From an uncultured Actinomycetaceae bacterium (GTDB lineage: Bacteria; Actinomycetota; Actinomycetes; Actinomycetales; Actinomycetaceae), in contig CAKAGS010000004.1 of the NCBI GenBank assembly GCA_916438945.1, positions 459,232 through 523,231 of the forward strand: a DNA stretch of 64,000 bases, given 5' to 3'. Positions 1 to 9,428 of this stretch are shown here, in pieces. The notes below the pieces were generated by a model. It ran no database searches and was not told where the DNA came from. It saw nothing but the letters and a program-made list of their open reading frames with translations. The position numbers were made by a program, and so were the translations under genes. The first letter of the stretch is position 1. Each line of letters starts with the position of its first letter.

Positions 1-358
1 CACTCGCCGCGGAACTCGTTCGTACCCGACAGGGAGCCGTCGCCGCCGATCACGACGAGGTGATCGATGCCATGCTCGAGCAGGTTCGCGGCCGCGCGGT
101 GGCGGCCTTCGTACGTGCGGAAGTCGGCGCTGCGGGCCGTGCCGATCACCGTGCCGCCTTCGGCCAGGATCGAGGACACGTCCGACCACTCCATCTTCTT
201 GATGGAATCACCACCCACGCAGGCACCCTGCCAGCCTTCGTAGATCGCGTAGGCTGCGCGCCACGCGCCAGGGCCGTGCGCACGACGGCTCGAACAGCCG
301 CGTTCATTCCCTGGGCGTCACCGCCCGACGTGAGGACACCGATACGAACTGTGCTCAT
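1..358 (-). CDS. pfkA: 6-phosphofructokinase, N-terminal part (runs off window; apparent frameshifts)
   Basis: MSTVRIGVLTSGGDAQGMNAAVRAVVR is the PFK N-terminal signature. GGTVIGTAR and LVVIGGDGSL follow in shifted frames. Confidence 0.9.
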
Positions 359-479
359 TTTTCTGCCATCTTTCATTGACGGGGCGGGCCCCGAGGCCCA
401 GTGTGCCTATCGTGTCCTATTCTACGTGACCTGTGCCTCCACCACTAGGGCCTAACTCCCATTTACCGAGCAAACGACA

Positions 480-513
480 AGTGCGCGCCCGCCGAAAACG
501 GCGGGCGCGCACT
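480..513 (-). terminator. Perfect GC-rich hairpin downstream of the symporter
   Basis: AGTGCGCGCCCGCCG-AAAA-CGGCGGGCGCGCACT. Confidence 0.7.
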
Positions 514-530
514 CACGCAGTCACTGGAAA

Positions 531-1860
531 CTAGGCGACAGTTTCGCCGCCATTGCGGGCGGCGGACTCGGCCAGCTCCTCGGGGCTCACGACACCCTCG
601 ACGGAGACGCGGTCCAGGTAGGCCATACCGTCAAACGCCAGCTCGCGAGCGTTCTCCGGGTCACCCTCGTTGCCGATCGAGCCGTGGGCCATGCGGTCCA
701 CGATGAGCGCGATCGCACCGTCGCCCGTCACATTCGTGGCGGTGCCGAAGGAGTCCAGGGCGATGTAGGTGGCGATCATGAGCGCGACCTGGGCGTCGTT
801 GAAGCCCAGCATGGAGCTGAGCAGACCCGTGGCGGCCATGATGGCGCCGCCGGGAACGCCGGGGGCGGCGACCATCGTGATGCCCAGCATGAAGATGAAG
901 CCCACCCACTGCAGGGAGCTCACGGTCAGGCCCTGGGTCAGGACGATCGCAAACGCGAAGGAGAAGATCTTCGAGGTCGAGCCAGCCAGGTGGATCGTCG
1001 CGCACAGCGGAATCGTGAAGGACGCGACCGCGTCGGACACGCCGTTCTTCTTCGTCTGACGCAGGGTCACCGGGATGGTGGCCGCGGAGGACGAGGTGCC
1101 CAGAGCCGTCAGGTAGGCCGGCATCATGGTGAGCAGGGCCTTGATGGGGTTACGACGCGCGACAATGCCAGCGAAGCAGAACTGGGTCAGCAGAATGACG
1201 ACCTCGAGGAGAATCACCACGACAACGACACGCAGCAGCGTGCGGATAACCGAGGCCGCCTCGCCCGTGTAGGTCAGGTTCAGGAAGATGCCGAAGATGT
1301 GCAGCGGCAGCAGCGGAATGATGATCGTCTCGATGAGGCGCGTAATGATGGCGCGGAACTCAATGAAGCCCTTACGCAGCACGCCGCGCGGAACCATCGA
1401 CAGGCCCAGGCCCACGACGAAGGACAGGAGCAGCGCCGTCATCACCTGCAGCGGTGCGGGCATCTCGATGGTGAAGTAGGACTCCAGGGCACTGCCCGGC
1501 TCGGCCACATCGGCCAGCTGGGTGGAGGCGAGGAGACGCGGGAACAGGGACGCGCACACCAGGTAGGTGAGGAAGCCCGAGAACAGCGTCGACGCGTAGG
1601 CAATCGCCGTCGTGATGCCCAGCCACTTGCCCGCACCTCGGCCCAGGTCCGCAATAGCGGGGGTCACGAGACCGATGATGATCAGCGGGATCGAGAAGGA
1701 CAGGAACTGGCTGAAGATCGCCGAGAAGGTCGCAAATACGGCCGATCTCGACGGGAACCAGGTGGTCGCCGCCAATACGGACGGATCCGAGGACGGTCGC
1801 GAGGATGATCGCAGCGATCACCCACACGAGGATTCCAGATTTACGCAGGAACTCGCGCAT
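531..1860 (-). CDS. Dicarboxylate/amino acid:cation symporter (SDF family); frameshift near 1735
   Basis: Motifs TSSSAATIP, PLCATIHL, PGVPGG and DSFGTATNVTGD. The N-terminal TM segment lies in ORF 1372..1869. Confidence 0.88.
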
Positions 1861-2027
1861 GTGTTTCACCTTGATAATAGGGATGATGGGTCACGCATAG
1901 CATGCCCGAACTTTACATAATCTTGAGGCGGTGGCCAGGATTCGGGATAGCTGCGGCAAAAATCACGTGATGAATAAAGCGCGGCCGTGAGGGCATTACC
2001 CCCACCCAACGGCGATTTTCCGTGGAT

Positions 2028-2312
2028 TTAACGCACCGCAAGCGTCGACACGTACGGGGCAAACCACCAAATAATCGCGGCGAGGATCACGTACACCGCC
2101 ACATCCATGAGGCGGGCTCGCGACGCGAACCAGGGGCGTCCCGGCGTCCACAGGCGCAGCGCCGCCATGCCAACGAGCACGGCGACCATCAACATGACCG
2201 CGCGGTGGCGGTGATCGCTCACGGCCAGCGCAATCACACCGAGGACACCACCCGCGCTGAGGGCAGCGCCCAAGCCAGCCGCCCAGTCGGGCGCGCGCGG
2301 TCCTCTCCTCAA
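2028..2312 (-). CDS. Small membrane protein, DUF3017-like
   Basis: Three hydrophobic segments and the actinobacterial pattern LRLW..GRPWFASRAR..D. Confidence 0.65.
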   Translation of the reverse strand: MRRGPRAPDWAAGLGAALSAGGVLGVIALAVSDHRHRAVMLMVAVLVGMAALRLWTPGRPWFASRARLMDVAVYVILAAIIWWFAPYVSTLAVR

Positions 2313-2505
2313 TATTCACGCCCCTACCCTATCGCACGAGCACACGAGACCATACGACCGTCCGCACCCACACCGCTGCACCAACCCCAGCCTCGTTCAT
2401 ACAAAAGAACGCAAAGGAATAGGAACCAGAGGGCATGCGGGTTTAGTATTGGTCCAAAGGTCCCTGAGACCAGCAACATATTTCTCGCACCAAAGGAGCA
2501 TTCGA

Positions 2506-3984
2506 GTGTCCCGCTTTATTGTCGTCGCCCCCGGTTCGTCGGAGGCAGCCGCCCTCGCAACTGACGAGCTGGCCCGCGTTCTCGGCGTCGCCACCGTCGA
2601 CGCCCTGGCTGGCACGACGGCCACCGACGCCGCCCTCCGTCCCGCCTCCGCCCTGCCCGCCGCGGTCGAAGCCGTCCGCGCCGCCGGCGACGACGTGCTC
2701 ATCACCCCCGCCCGTGAGGCCTCGAACCGCGCCTTCGACCACGTGGCCTGGAACCTAAACCTCGCCGCCTCCACCCGCGCCGGCGTCATCCTCGCCTTCG
2801 ACGCCGAGGGCGCCAGCGCCGAGCTGCTCTCCGAGGAGATCGCCGCTGCCCGCCTGCGCGCCGAAGCCGCTGCAGCCTCCGTCGTCGCCGTCGTTCTGAC
2901 CGGTGGCGCCCCCGCGCTTCAGGCCGACGTCCCCGTCCTGACCCTGCCCCTGGGCGAGGAGGCCGCCGCCACCCTGCGCGCCACCGCCGCCCCCACCGCC
3001 GTTACCCCCCTGGCCTTCCAGGCGGACCTCATCGAGCGCGCCCGCGCCGACCGCAAGCGCATCGTCCTGCCCGAGCCCGACGACGACCGCGTCCTGCAGG
3101 CCGCCGCCCAGGTCCTCGCCGCCGGCATCGCCGACATCACCTTCGTGGGCGACGCCGACTACGTCGCCAAGCGCGCCGGCGAGCTCGGCCTCGACCTGAG
3201 CGCCGCCCAGGTCGTCTCCGTGCACGATCCCGCCTACCTCGAGCGCTACGCCGAAGAGTTCGCGCGCCTGCGCGCCAAGAAGGGCGTCACCCTCGAGCAG
3301 GCCCGCGAGAAGGTCACCGACGTGTCCTACTTCGGCACCATGATGGTCCACATGGGCGACGCCGACGGCATGGTCTCGGGCGCTGCCCACACGACCGCGC
3401 ACACGATCGTCCCCTCCTTCCAGATCATCAAGACCGCCCCCGGCGTCTCCGTCGTCTCTTCCATCTTCCTCATGGCGATGAAGGACCGCGTGTGGGCCTT
3501 CGGCGACTGCGCCGTCAACCCCAACCCCACCGCCGAGCAGCTCGCCGACATCGCCGTGACCTCCGCGCGCACCGCCGCCCAGTTCGGCGTCACCCCGCGC
3601 GTCGCCATGCTCTCCTACTCCACCGGCACCTCCGGCTCCGGCCCAGACGTCGACGTCGTCGTCGAGGCCACCCGCCTCGCCCGCGAGAAGGCCCCCGAGC
3701 TGGCCATCGAAGGCCCCATCCAGTTCGACGCAGCCGTCGACGAGGCCGTCGCCTCCAAGAAGCTGCCCGGATCCGAGGTCGCCGGCAAGGCCACCGTCTT
3801 CGTCTTCCCCTCGCTGGAAGCCGGAAACATCGGCTACAAGGCGGTCCAGCGCTCCTCCGGCGCCGTTGCCGTCGGCCCCGTCCTCCAGGGCCTCAACAAG
3901 CCCGTCAACGACCTGTCGCGCGGCGCCCTCGTCGAAGACATCGTCAACACCGTCGCCCTGACCGCCGTCCAGGCCCAGGGCTGA
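2506..3984 (+). CDS. pta: Phosphate acetyltransferase
   Basis: RIVLPE, DCAVNPNP, GPIQFDAA, GNIGYK and KPVNDLSRG motifs. AAGGAG precedes GTG 2506. Confidence 0.96.
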   Translation: MSRFIVVAPGSSEAAALATDELARVLGVATVDALAGTTATDAALRPASALPAAVEAVRAAGDDVLITPAREASNRAFDHVAWNLNLAASTRAGVILAFDAEGASAELLSEEIAAARLRAEAAAASVVAVVLTGGAPALQADVPVLTLPLGEEAAATLRATAAPTAVTPLAFQADLIERARADRKRIVLPEPDDDRVLQAAAQVLAAGIADITFVGDADYVAKRAGELGLDLSAAQVVSVHDPAYLERYAEEFARLRAKKGVTLEQAREKVTDVSYFGTMMVHMGDADGMVSGAAHTTAHTIVPSFQIIKTAPGVSVVSSIFLMAMKDRVWAFGDCAVNPNPTAEQLADIAVTSARTAAQFGVTPRVAMLSYSTGTSGSGPDVDVVVEATRLAREKAPELAIEGPIQFDAAVDEAVASKKLPGSEVAGKATVFVFPSLEAGNIGYKAVQRSSGAVAVGPVLQGLNKPVNDLSRGALVEDIVNTVALTAVQAQG

Positions 3985-4080
3985 ACGGGACCGAGGTCCC
4001 GGGGTCCGGTTACCATTGAACGTAAACGGGCCCCGGCCTCGTTCTTCTACTCCCAACCCCACAACACGAAAGGCGAACGC

Positions 4081-5280
4081 GTGTCCTCGTCCTCCGTCCT
4101 CGTCATTAACTCCGGCTCTTCCTCCATCAAGTACCAGCTCGTCGACCCCGAAACCGGCGACGCCATCGCCAAGGGCCTCGTCGAGCGCATCGGCGATGCC
4201 ATGGGCCTCATCAAGCACGTCCACGGCGACGCCGTCACCGAGGAAGAGATCCCGGTTCCCGACCACACCGTCGGCATGCGTGAGGTCCTGCGCCTCTTCG
4301 ACACGGAGGGTCCGACCCTGGCCGAGGCCGGCATCGTTGCCGTCGGCCACCGCGTCGTTCAGGGCGGCCGCTACTTCGACGGCCCGGCCCTCATCACCGA
4401 CGAGGTGCGCAATCTGATCGAAGAGCTGTGCCCGCTGGCTCCGCTGCACAACCCCGCCCACCTCAAGGGCATCGACGTGGCGCGCGAGCTCATGCCCGAC
4501 GTCCCCCACGTCGCCGTCTTCGACACCGCGTTCTTCCAGCAGCTGCCCGACAAGGCCGCCCTGTACGCCCTCGAGACCGAGACCGCCGAGAAGTACTCGG
4601 TGCGCCGCTACGGCGCCCACGGCACCTCCCACCAGTTCGTCTCCCAGGAAATCTCCAAGATGCTGGGCCGCGACGACCTCAAGCAGATCGTCCTGCACCT
4701 GGGCAACGGCGCGTCCGCTTCCGCCGTCAAGAACGGCAAGCCGATCGACACCTCCATGGGCCTGACCCCCCTCGAGGGCCTCATGATGGGCACCCGCACC
4801 GGCGACATCGACCCGGCCGTCGTGTTCCACCTGCAGCGCGTCGCCGGCATGAGCGTCGACGAGGTCGACACCCTCTTCAACAAGAAGTCCGGCATGAAGG
4901 GCATGACGGGCGAGTCCGACATGCGCTCCGTGTGGGAAATGATCAACAACGATGACGCCCCCGAGGTTCAGCAGCGCGCCCGTACCGCCATGGACGTGTA
5001 CATCAACCGCCTGCTGAAGTACGTGGGTTCTTACACCGCCGAGCTGGGTGGCCTGGACGTCATCACCTTCACCGCCGGCATCGGCGAGAACGACGACGAC
5101 GTGCGCCGCGAGCTGGCCGAGGCCCTCGCTCCCTTCGGCGTCAAGATCGACGTCGAGGCCAACAAGGGCCGCGTCAAGGAGCCGCGCATCGTGTCCGCTC
5201 CCGACTCGGCCGTGACCCTCGTCGTCTTCCCGACCAACGAGGAGCTGGCGATCGCCCGCCAGGCGCTGACCTTCGCCTGA
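4081..5280 (+). CDS. ackA: Acetate kinase
   Basis: VLVINSGSSSIK, GHRVVQGG, APLHNP, HLGNGAS, FTAGIGEN, PTNEEL. Confidence 0.98.
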   Translation: MSSSSVLVINSGSSSIKYQLVDPETGDAIAKGLVERIGDAMGLIKHVHGDAVTEEEIPVPDHTVGMREVLRLFDTEGPTLAEAGIVAVGHRVVQGGRYFDGPALITDEVRNLIEELCPLAPLHNPAHLKGIDVARELMPDVPHVAVFDTAFFQQLPDKAALYALETETAEKYSVRRYGAHGTSHQFVSQEISKMLGRDDLKQIVLHLGNGASASAVKNGKPIDTSMGLTPLEGLMMGTRTGDIDPAVVFHLQRVAGMSVDEVDTLFNKKSGMKGMTGESDMRSVWEMINNDDAPEVQQRARTAMDVYINRLLKYVGSYTAELGGLDVITFTAGIGENDDDVRRELAEALAPFGVKIDVEANKGRVKEPRIVSAPDSAVTLVVFPTNEELAIARQALTFA

Positions 5281-5546
5281 TTCTCAGGCCACGACGAGGC
5301 CGGGGTTCCCACGCGGGGCCCCGGCCTCGGGCGTATCCTGGGACGGTAGCGAGCGAGGAGGCCCTCATGAACGATGACGTTTCGACCCTTCTAACGCATA
5401 AATTCTCACGTTGCTTCCAGGAAAGTTCACTACAAATTACAATTACAACAAAGCACCAAGATCCCAATAAGGCTAACTAACGAATACGTCATCTAAAGAA
5501 TAGGATCACACACTATGCAAAACACTATTCACACAGGAGTCCAACA

Positions 5547-6778
5547 ATGAACACTCGAAGCCATCTGTTTAAAGTCAAAAGAGGGCGCCTATACTACGAC
5601 AATAAACCTATCGGAACATGCAAGTGCCACCCGGGATTTGAGCGCTTATATTTCGAAAAAGATCCACTCAGCGAAGAAGGAGCCAACGGCGTAATATTTC
5701 GCGCCTCGCACCGAATTCTCGACATTCAACAGGCAGTTAAGGTCTGGAGACCAGAGAAAGCTAGCGACTTCAAAAGAGCGAAAAACGAGGCAAAGAAGAA
5801 TGCGAATCGAGACTTAGGGAACTCCGTAGCGCACATCAACGATGCCGGAATCTACGAATACCCGTCAGATATTTTCTTTGCGATTATGGAAATCGTGAAC
5901 AACGCAAAGACCCTCAAAGAGTGGGTCAAAGTTCGAAATCTTTCACTACGAGAACTAGAAAGCGACGCAAAGACAGATAAAAAGCGTCTCCAGGATCTCA
6001 AGCTTCGCAGCTGCGCACAAGCACTAAATGTAACCAGTGGACTACTCTTATGCATTGGCACATTATACGAAAACGAAATGACACACGGCGACCTACACGC
6101 AGGCAATCTACTGATCCCGGATAACGAAAATACAAGAACTAATCTACTTCAATTCACAAACATCGGAACCCCCGGCTCTCTCATACCCGTAGACATTCGA
6201 ATCATCGACATCGGAACAAGTGAAGCCACAGGAACAAATAGACAAATCGGAGAAATGAGAGATGTTGATAAAATAATTCAAATACGCGAGACATACTTTC
6301 GCCACTACTTACACACTTTAAGACATCACTCACCGAATGGCTAACGCTAGAGAACGTCAAGAAGAAGCCACAAGGCCTATCAATATGGAAACATGATAAT
6401 GCGCCCATCTCTCCAGCTATCCTCGCCGGAGATCTTCTTCGACTTACCATTGTTCTTAATCTAATTTTTGGGTTCGCCACAAACGCACCCAACAAAAAAG
6501 GCTATCTAACACTCGAAAAAGATGAAGTCAGCGCCTTCAACGATTCCTTTTCATCAAAAATAATTAGCAACATGGAGATTTCTTTCAAATTTGGAGGCTC
6601 CCAAAACAAATTGGACTATTATTCAGAAATTTCTTCTGGACTCAGCATCAATTGGCCGAAAGTATGGGAGAGCATTGCTCGCAAGTATCCCGCCATCACC
6701 TCTTATTACATCACAGAGAGCGTGACAGGGGTTTACGAATTAAAACCCACGAAACAAGCTCAGAAAAGCTCCGAATAG
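5547..6778 (+). CDS. Hanks-type Ser/Thr protein kinase-like protein in an AT-rich cassette; frameshift near 6280 (about 410 aa if joined)
   Basis: EGANGVIF (subdomain I), AVK (II), NE (III), IMEIV (V), HGDLHAGNLLI (VIb), IIDIG (VII). An open alternative frame from about 6281 runs into ORF 6572..6778. Confidence 0.75.
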
Positions 6779-6850
6779 CTACATGTCTCATTTTCGCACT
6801 AAAAGCTCGCCTTCACAGTCCCACATCTCCCATAGATCCATTCCGCACCC

Positions 6851-7220
6851 CAGCAGCGCGCCCGTACCGCCATGGACGTGTACATCAACCGCCTGCTCAA
6901 GTACGTGGGTTCCTACGCCGCTGAGCTCGGTGGCCTGGACGTCATCACCTTCACCGCCGGCATCGGCGAGAACGACGACGACGTGCGCCGCGAGCTGGCC
7001 GAGGCCCTCGCCCCCTTCGGCGTCAAGATCGACGTCGAGGCCAACAAGGGCCGCATCAAGGAGCCGCGCATCGTGTCCGCTCCCGACTCGGCCGTGACCC
7101 TCGTCGTCTTCCCGACCAACGAGGAGCTGGCAATCGCCCGCCAGGCGCTGACCTTCGCCTGATTCTCAGGCCACGACGAGGCCGGGGTTCCCACGTGGGG
7201 CCCCGGCCGCGGGCGTATCC
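6851..7220 (+). repeat. 370-bp diverged duplicate of the ackA 3' end plus downstream hairpin (copy of 4969-5338)
   Basis: Alignment at offset 1882 shows 10 substitutions. The in-frame remnant 6872..7162 ends ...ARQALTFA*. Confidence 0.97.
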
Positions 7221-7230
7221 ATCAGGTGCA

Positions 7231-7260
7231 TTGACTTCCCACCCACACGCCGACTACAAT
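7231..7260 (+). promoter_or_regulatory. Sigma70-type promoter of the DUF3800 cassette
   Basis: TTGACT-N18-TACAAT. Confidence 0.7.
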
Positions 7261-7266
7261 CAACAG

Positions 7267-7348
7267 TGGTAACGGCGAGCAAGTCCTCGCAGAGTGCCAA
7301 TCCGCGGGCCCACGAGCGCACACGTTGCGCCGTGGGTTTGCGTCTCTC
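7267..7348 (+). ncRNA. Candidate structured RNA upstream of the DUF3800 gene (DUF3800 RNA-motif-like)
   Basis: Two hairpins, 7267-7299 and 7303-7342, lie directly after the promoter and before the RBS. DUF3800 genes are known to be preceded by conserved RNA motifs. Confidence 0.55.
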
Positions 7349-7361
7349 AGTGAGGAGAAAC

Positions 7362-8315
7362 ATGCTCATCGCTTACATCGACGAGGTTGGCGAAGCTGGT
7401 GCTTTTATTTCAAAGGATCACAGGAGGTTCAAAATCTCCCCTGTGTTCGGCTATGCGGGCTTCGTCGTCCCCGAACGGCATGTCCATGATGTCTCTCGCG
7501 ACGTCGCGACAACCAAGCAGAAATTCTATTCGTTCCTCTGCGGGGAGGGCGAGGAAGAGCCAAACAGCTATGTCCCTACGTGGGAGCGTAAGGGATCTGA
7601 CCTCCTGAGCAAACACGCGATGGGGCGTGCAGGCCGTCAGGAAGTAGTTGAGCTGCGTTCACTGCTGTCACGAATATCCAGTAGGTACGGCGGCAAGCTC
7701 TTCTACTTCGTGCGCGAAAAGCCAATCGGTTCCCCCGGACAGGTGTGGGGAAAAGACACTGGCAACAGTTGGGAGGCAATGCGGGAAGAAAGAACGCTTG
7801 AGTGTCTGAGCGAAGCAATTAATCGGCTCTGTAGGCATGCCGAACACGAGGATCAGAACATCCTCCTCTTCCAGGACATGATCAATGAGAAGCAACGCTT
7901 CCATCAGGTTAAACGCAGCTACGCCCACATCTACAGTCGTATCAAAGAGCACCAGGAGATGCTGCGGATCCTCGAAGCTCCCGCATATATTGACTCGGAA
8001 CTCTCGACGAACATCCAGTGCGCTGACTGGGTCGCAGCCCTCATCAGTAGAGCGTGTGACTATCAGTTGATTCTCAACAGCTCCTACAGATGGGTTGCAG
8101 ACTGTTTTTTCACAGATCTCCATGGAAGTTTCACGTATGAATCCACCCTCCAGTTTCATCGACGCAGCATCGACAATATCCACCATATCGGCATTCTCGA
8201 CAGAGTCCGGCCACACCTCGACTCCCTGACCGGCATGTCTCCCGAGAATCTCTCCCGCCTTCAGCTCGTGCACGCACGCGCAAGCGCTCCCAGCCCGGGC
8301 AAACCGTCACGTTGA
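7362..8315 (+). CDS. DUF3800 domain protein
   Basis: N-terminal LIAYIDEVG and C-terminal DS....IQCADWVA. GAGGAG RBS. Confidence 0.85.
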   Translation: MLIAYIDEVGEAGAFISKDHRRFKISPVFGYAGFVVPERHVHDVSRDVATTKQKFYSFLCGEGEEEPNSYVPTWERKGSDLLSKHAMGRAGRQEVVELRSLLSRISSRYGGKLFYFVREKPIGSPGQVWGKDTGNSWEAMREERTLECLSEAINRLCRHAEHEDQNILLFQDMINEKQRFHQVKRSYAHIYSRIKEHQEMLRILEAPAYIDSELSTNIQCADWVAALISRACDYQLILNSSYRWVADCFFTDLHGSFTYESTLQFHRRSIDNIHHIGILDRVRPHLDSLTGMSPENLSRLQLVHARASAPSPGKPSR

Positions 8316-8357
8316 GCACCAGACTGCATTTTCGACGCGCACAGGCTCTCGCAGGGG

Positions 8358-8503
8358 GCTGGCGATCGCCCGCCAGGCGCTGACCTTCGCCTGATTCTCA
8401 GGCCACGACGAGGCCGGGGTTCCCACGTGGGGCCCCGGCCTCGGGCGTATCCTGGGAGGGTAGCGAGCGAGGAGGCCCTCATGAACGACGACGTTTCGAC
8501 CCT
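8358..8503 (+). repeat. 146-bp duplicate of the ackA stop, intergenic region and cobB start (copy of 5244-5389)
   Basis: Alignment at offset 3114 shows 3 substitutions. This copy leads into the intact cobB. Confidence 0.97.
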
Positions 8504-9236
8504 GGCGGAGTGGATCGTCGACTCACCGTCTACCGTGTTTTTCGGCGGCGCGGGCGTGTCCACCGAGTCGGGGATCCCCGATTTTCGCGGGGCTAACGGC
8601 TTTTACTTTCAGGAGCGCGAGATTCCCCTGGAGACGGTGCTGAGCATCGACTTCTTTGAGCGGCATCCGCAGGCCTACTGGGAGTGGTTCCACGAGATCT
8701 ACCGTCCCGTGGAACCCAACGGCGCACACAGGGCACTGGCCGCCCTGGAGGCCTCGGGTCACCTGGATGCGGTCATCACGCAGAACATCGACGGCCTGCA
8801 CCAGCGGGCAGGTTCGCACGCCGTGTGGGAGCTGCACGGCAACTGGGAGCGGCTCGTATGCACGGGTTGCGGGGCCGTCACCGCGTTGGCCGATGCCATC
8901 ACGGTTGACGGAGATCCCGTGCCCGCGTGCCCCTCGTGCGCCTCGCAGATGCGCCCGGACATCGTCATGTACGGGGAGGGCCTCGACCAGGGCGTCATCG
9001 AAGCCGCCGTCACCGCTATTTCTCGGGCGTCCGTCCTCATCGTGGCCGGCACGTCCCTCGTCGTCTACCCGGCGGCGGGCCTCATCAACTATTTTTCCGG
9101 GGACCACCTGGTGCTCATGAACGCCACCCCGACCTCGGCCGACGCGCATGCCGATCTGATCATCCGCGAGCCGGTCGCCCGAACGTTCGACCAGGTCATG
9201 GAGGAGCTACGAGCCCGGGGCGTCGTTCCCGCCTAG
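8481..9236 (+). CDS. cobB: NAD-dependent deacylase (sirtuin)
   Basis: GGAGVSTESGIPDFRG, TQNIDGLHQRAG, ELHG, CxxC..CxxC, GTSLVVYPAA. Confidence 0.95.
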   Translation: MNDDVSTLAEWIVDSPSTVFFGGAGVSTESGIPDFRGANGFYFQEREIPLETVLSIDFFERHPQAYWEWFHEIYRPVEPNGAHRALAALEASGHLDAVITQNIDGLHQRAGSHAVWELHGNWERLVCTGCGAVTALADAITVDGDPVPACPSCASQMRPDIVMYGEGLDQGVIEAAVTAISRASVLIVAGTSLVVYPAAGLINYFSGDHLVLMNATPTSADAHADLIIREPVARTFDQVMEELRARGVVPA

Positions 9237-9265
9237 GTGTTGCGGCGCACGGGCGTTCGCTCACG

Positions 9266-9383
9266 CGGATAGGTTGTGCGCATACGGATAGGTTGTGCGC
9301 ATACGGATAGCTTATTTTCCTATCCGCATCTTCGTAACCTATCCGTATCTTCATAACCTATCCGCATGTTCGTCACCTATCCG
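9266..9383. repeat. Inverted array of 19-bp GGATAGG-core units
   Basis: (CGGATAGGTTGTGCGCATA)x2, then CGGATAG-N9-CTATCCG, then three units of the CATCTTCGTAACCTATCCG type. Confidence 0.9.
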
Positions 9384-9428
9384 CCTCTCTGTTTCCTCAC
9401 CAGAAGCTGCCCGCACCAAGCCGCAGGA

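Noticed and set aside
6872..7162. Second functional acetate kinase gene
   Set aside because: It encodes only the C-terminal 96 aa and is part of the duplicated junction.
4969..8503. Simple assembly duplication of ackA
   Set aside because: The copies differ by substitutions, mostly synonymous, rather than indels, and they enclose distinct coherent genes. A strain-mixture chimera is not fully excluded without reads.
8481..9236. Sirtuin as an anti-phage SIR2 effector linked to the cassettes
   Set aside because: It is a canonical zinc-binding CobB with host-like composition and forms the core flank of the insertion site.
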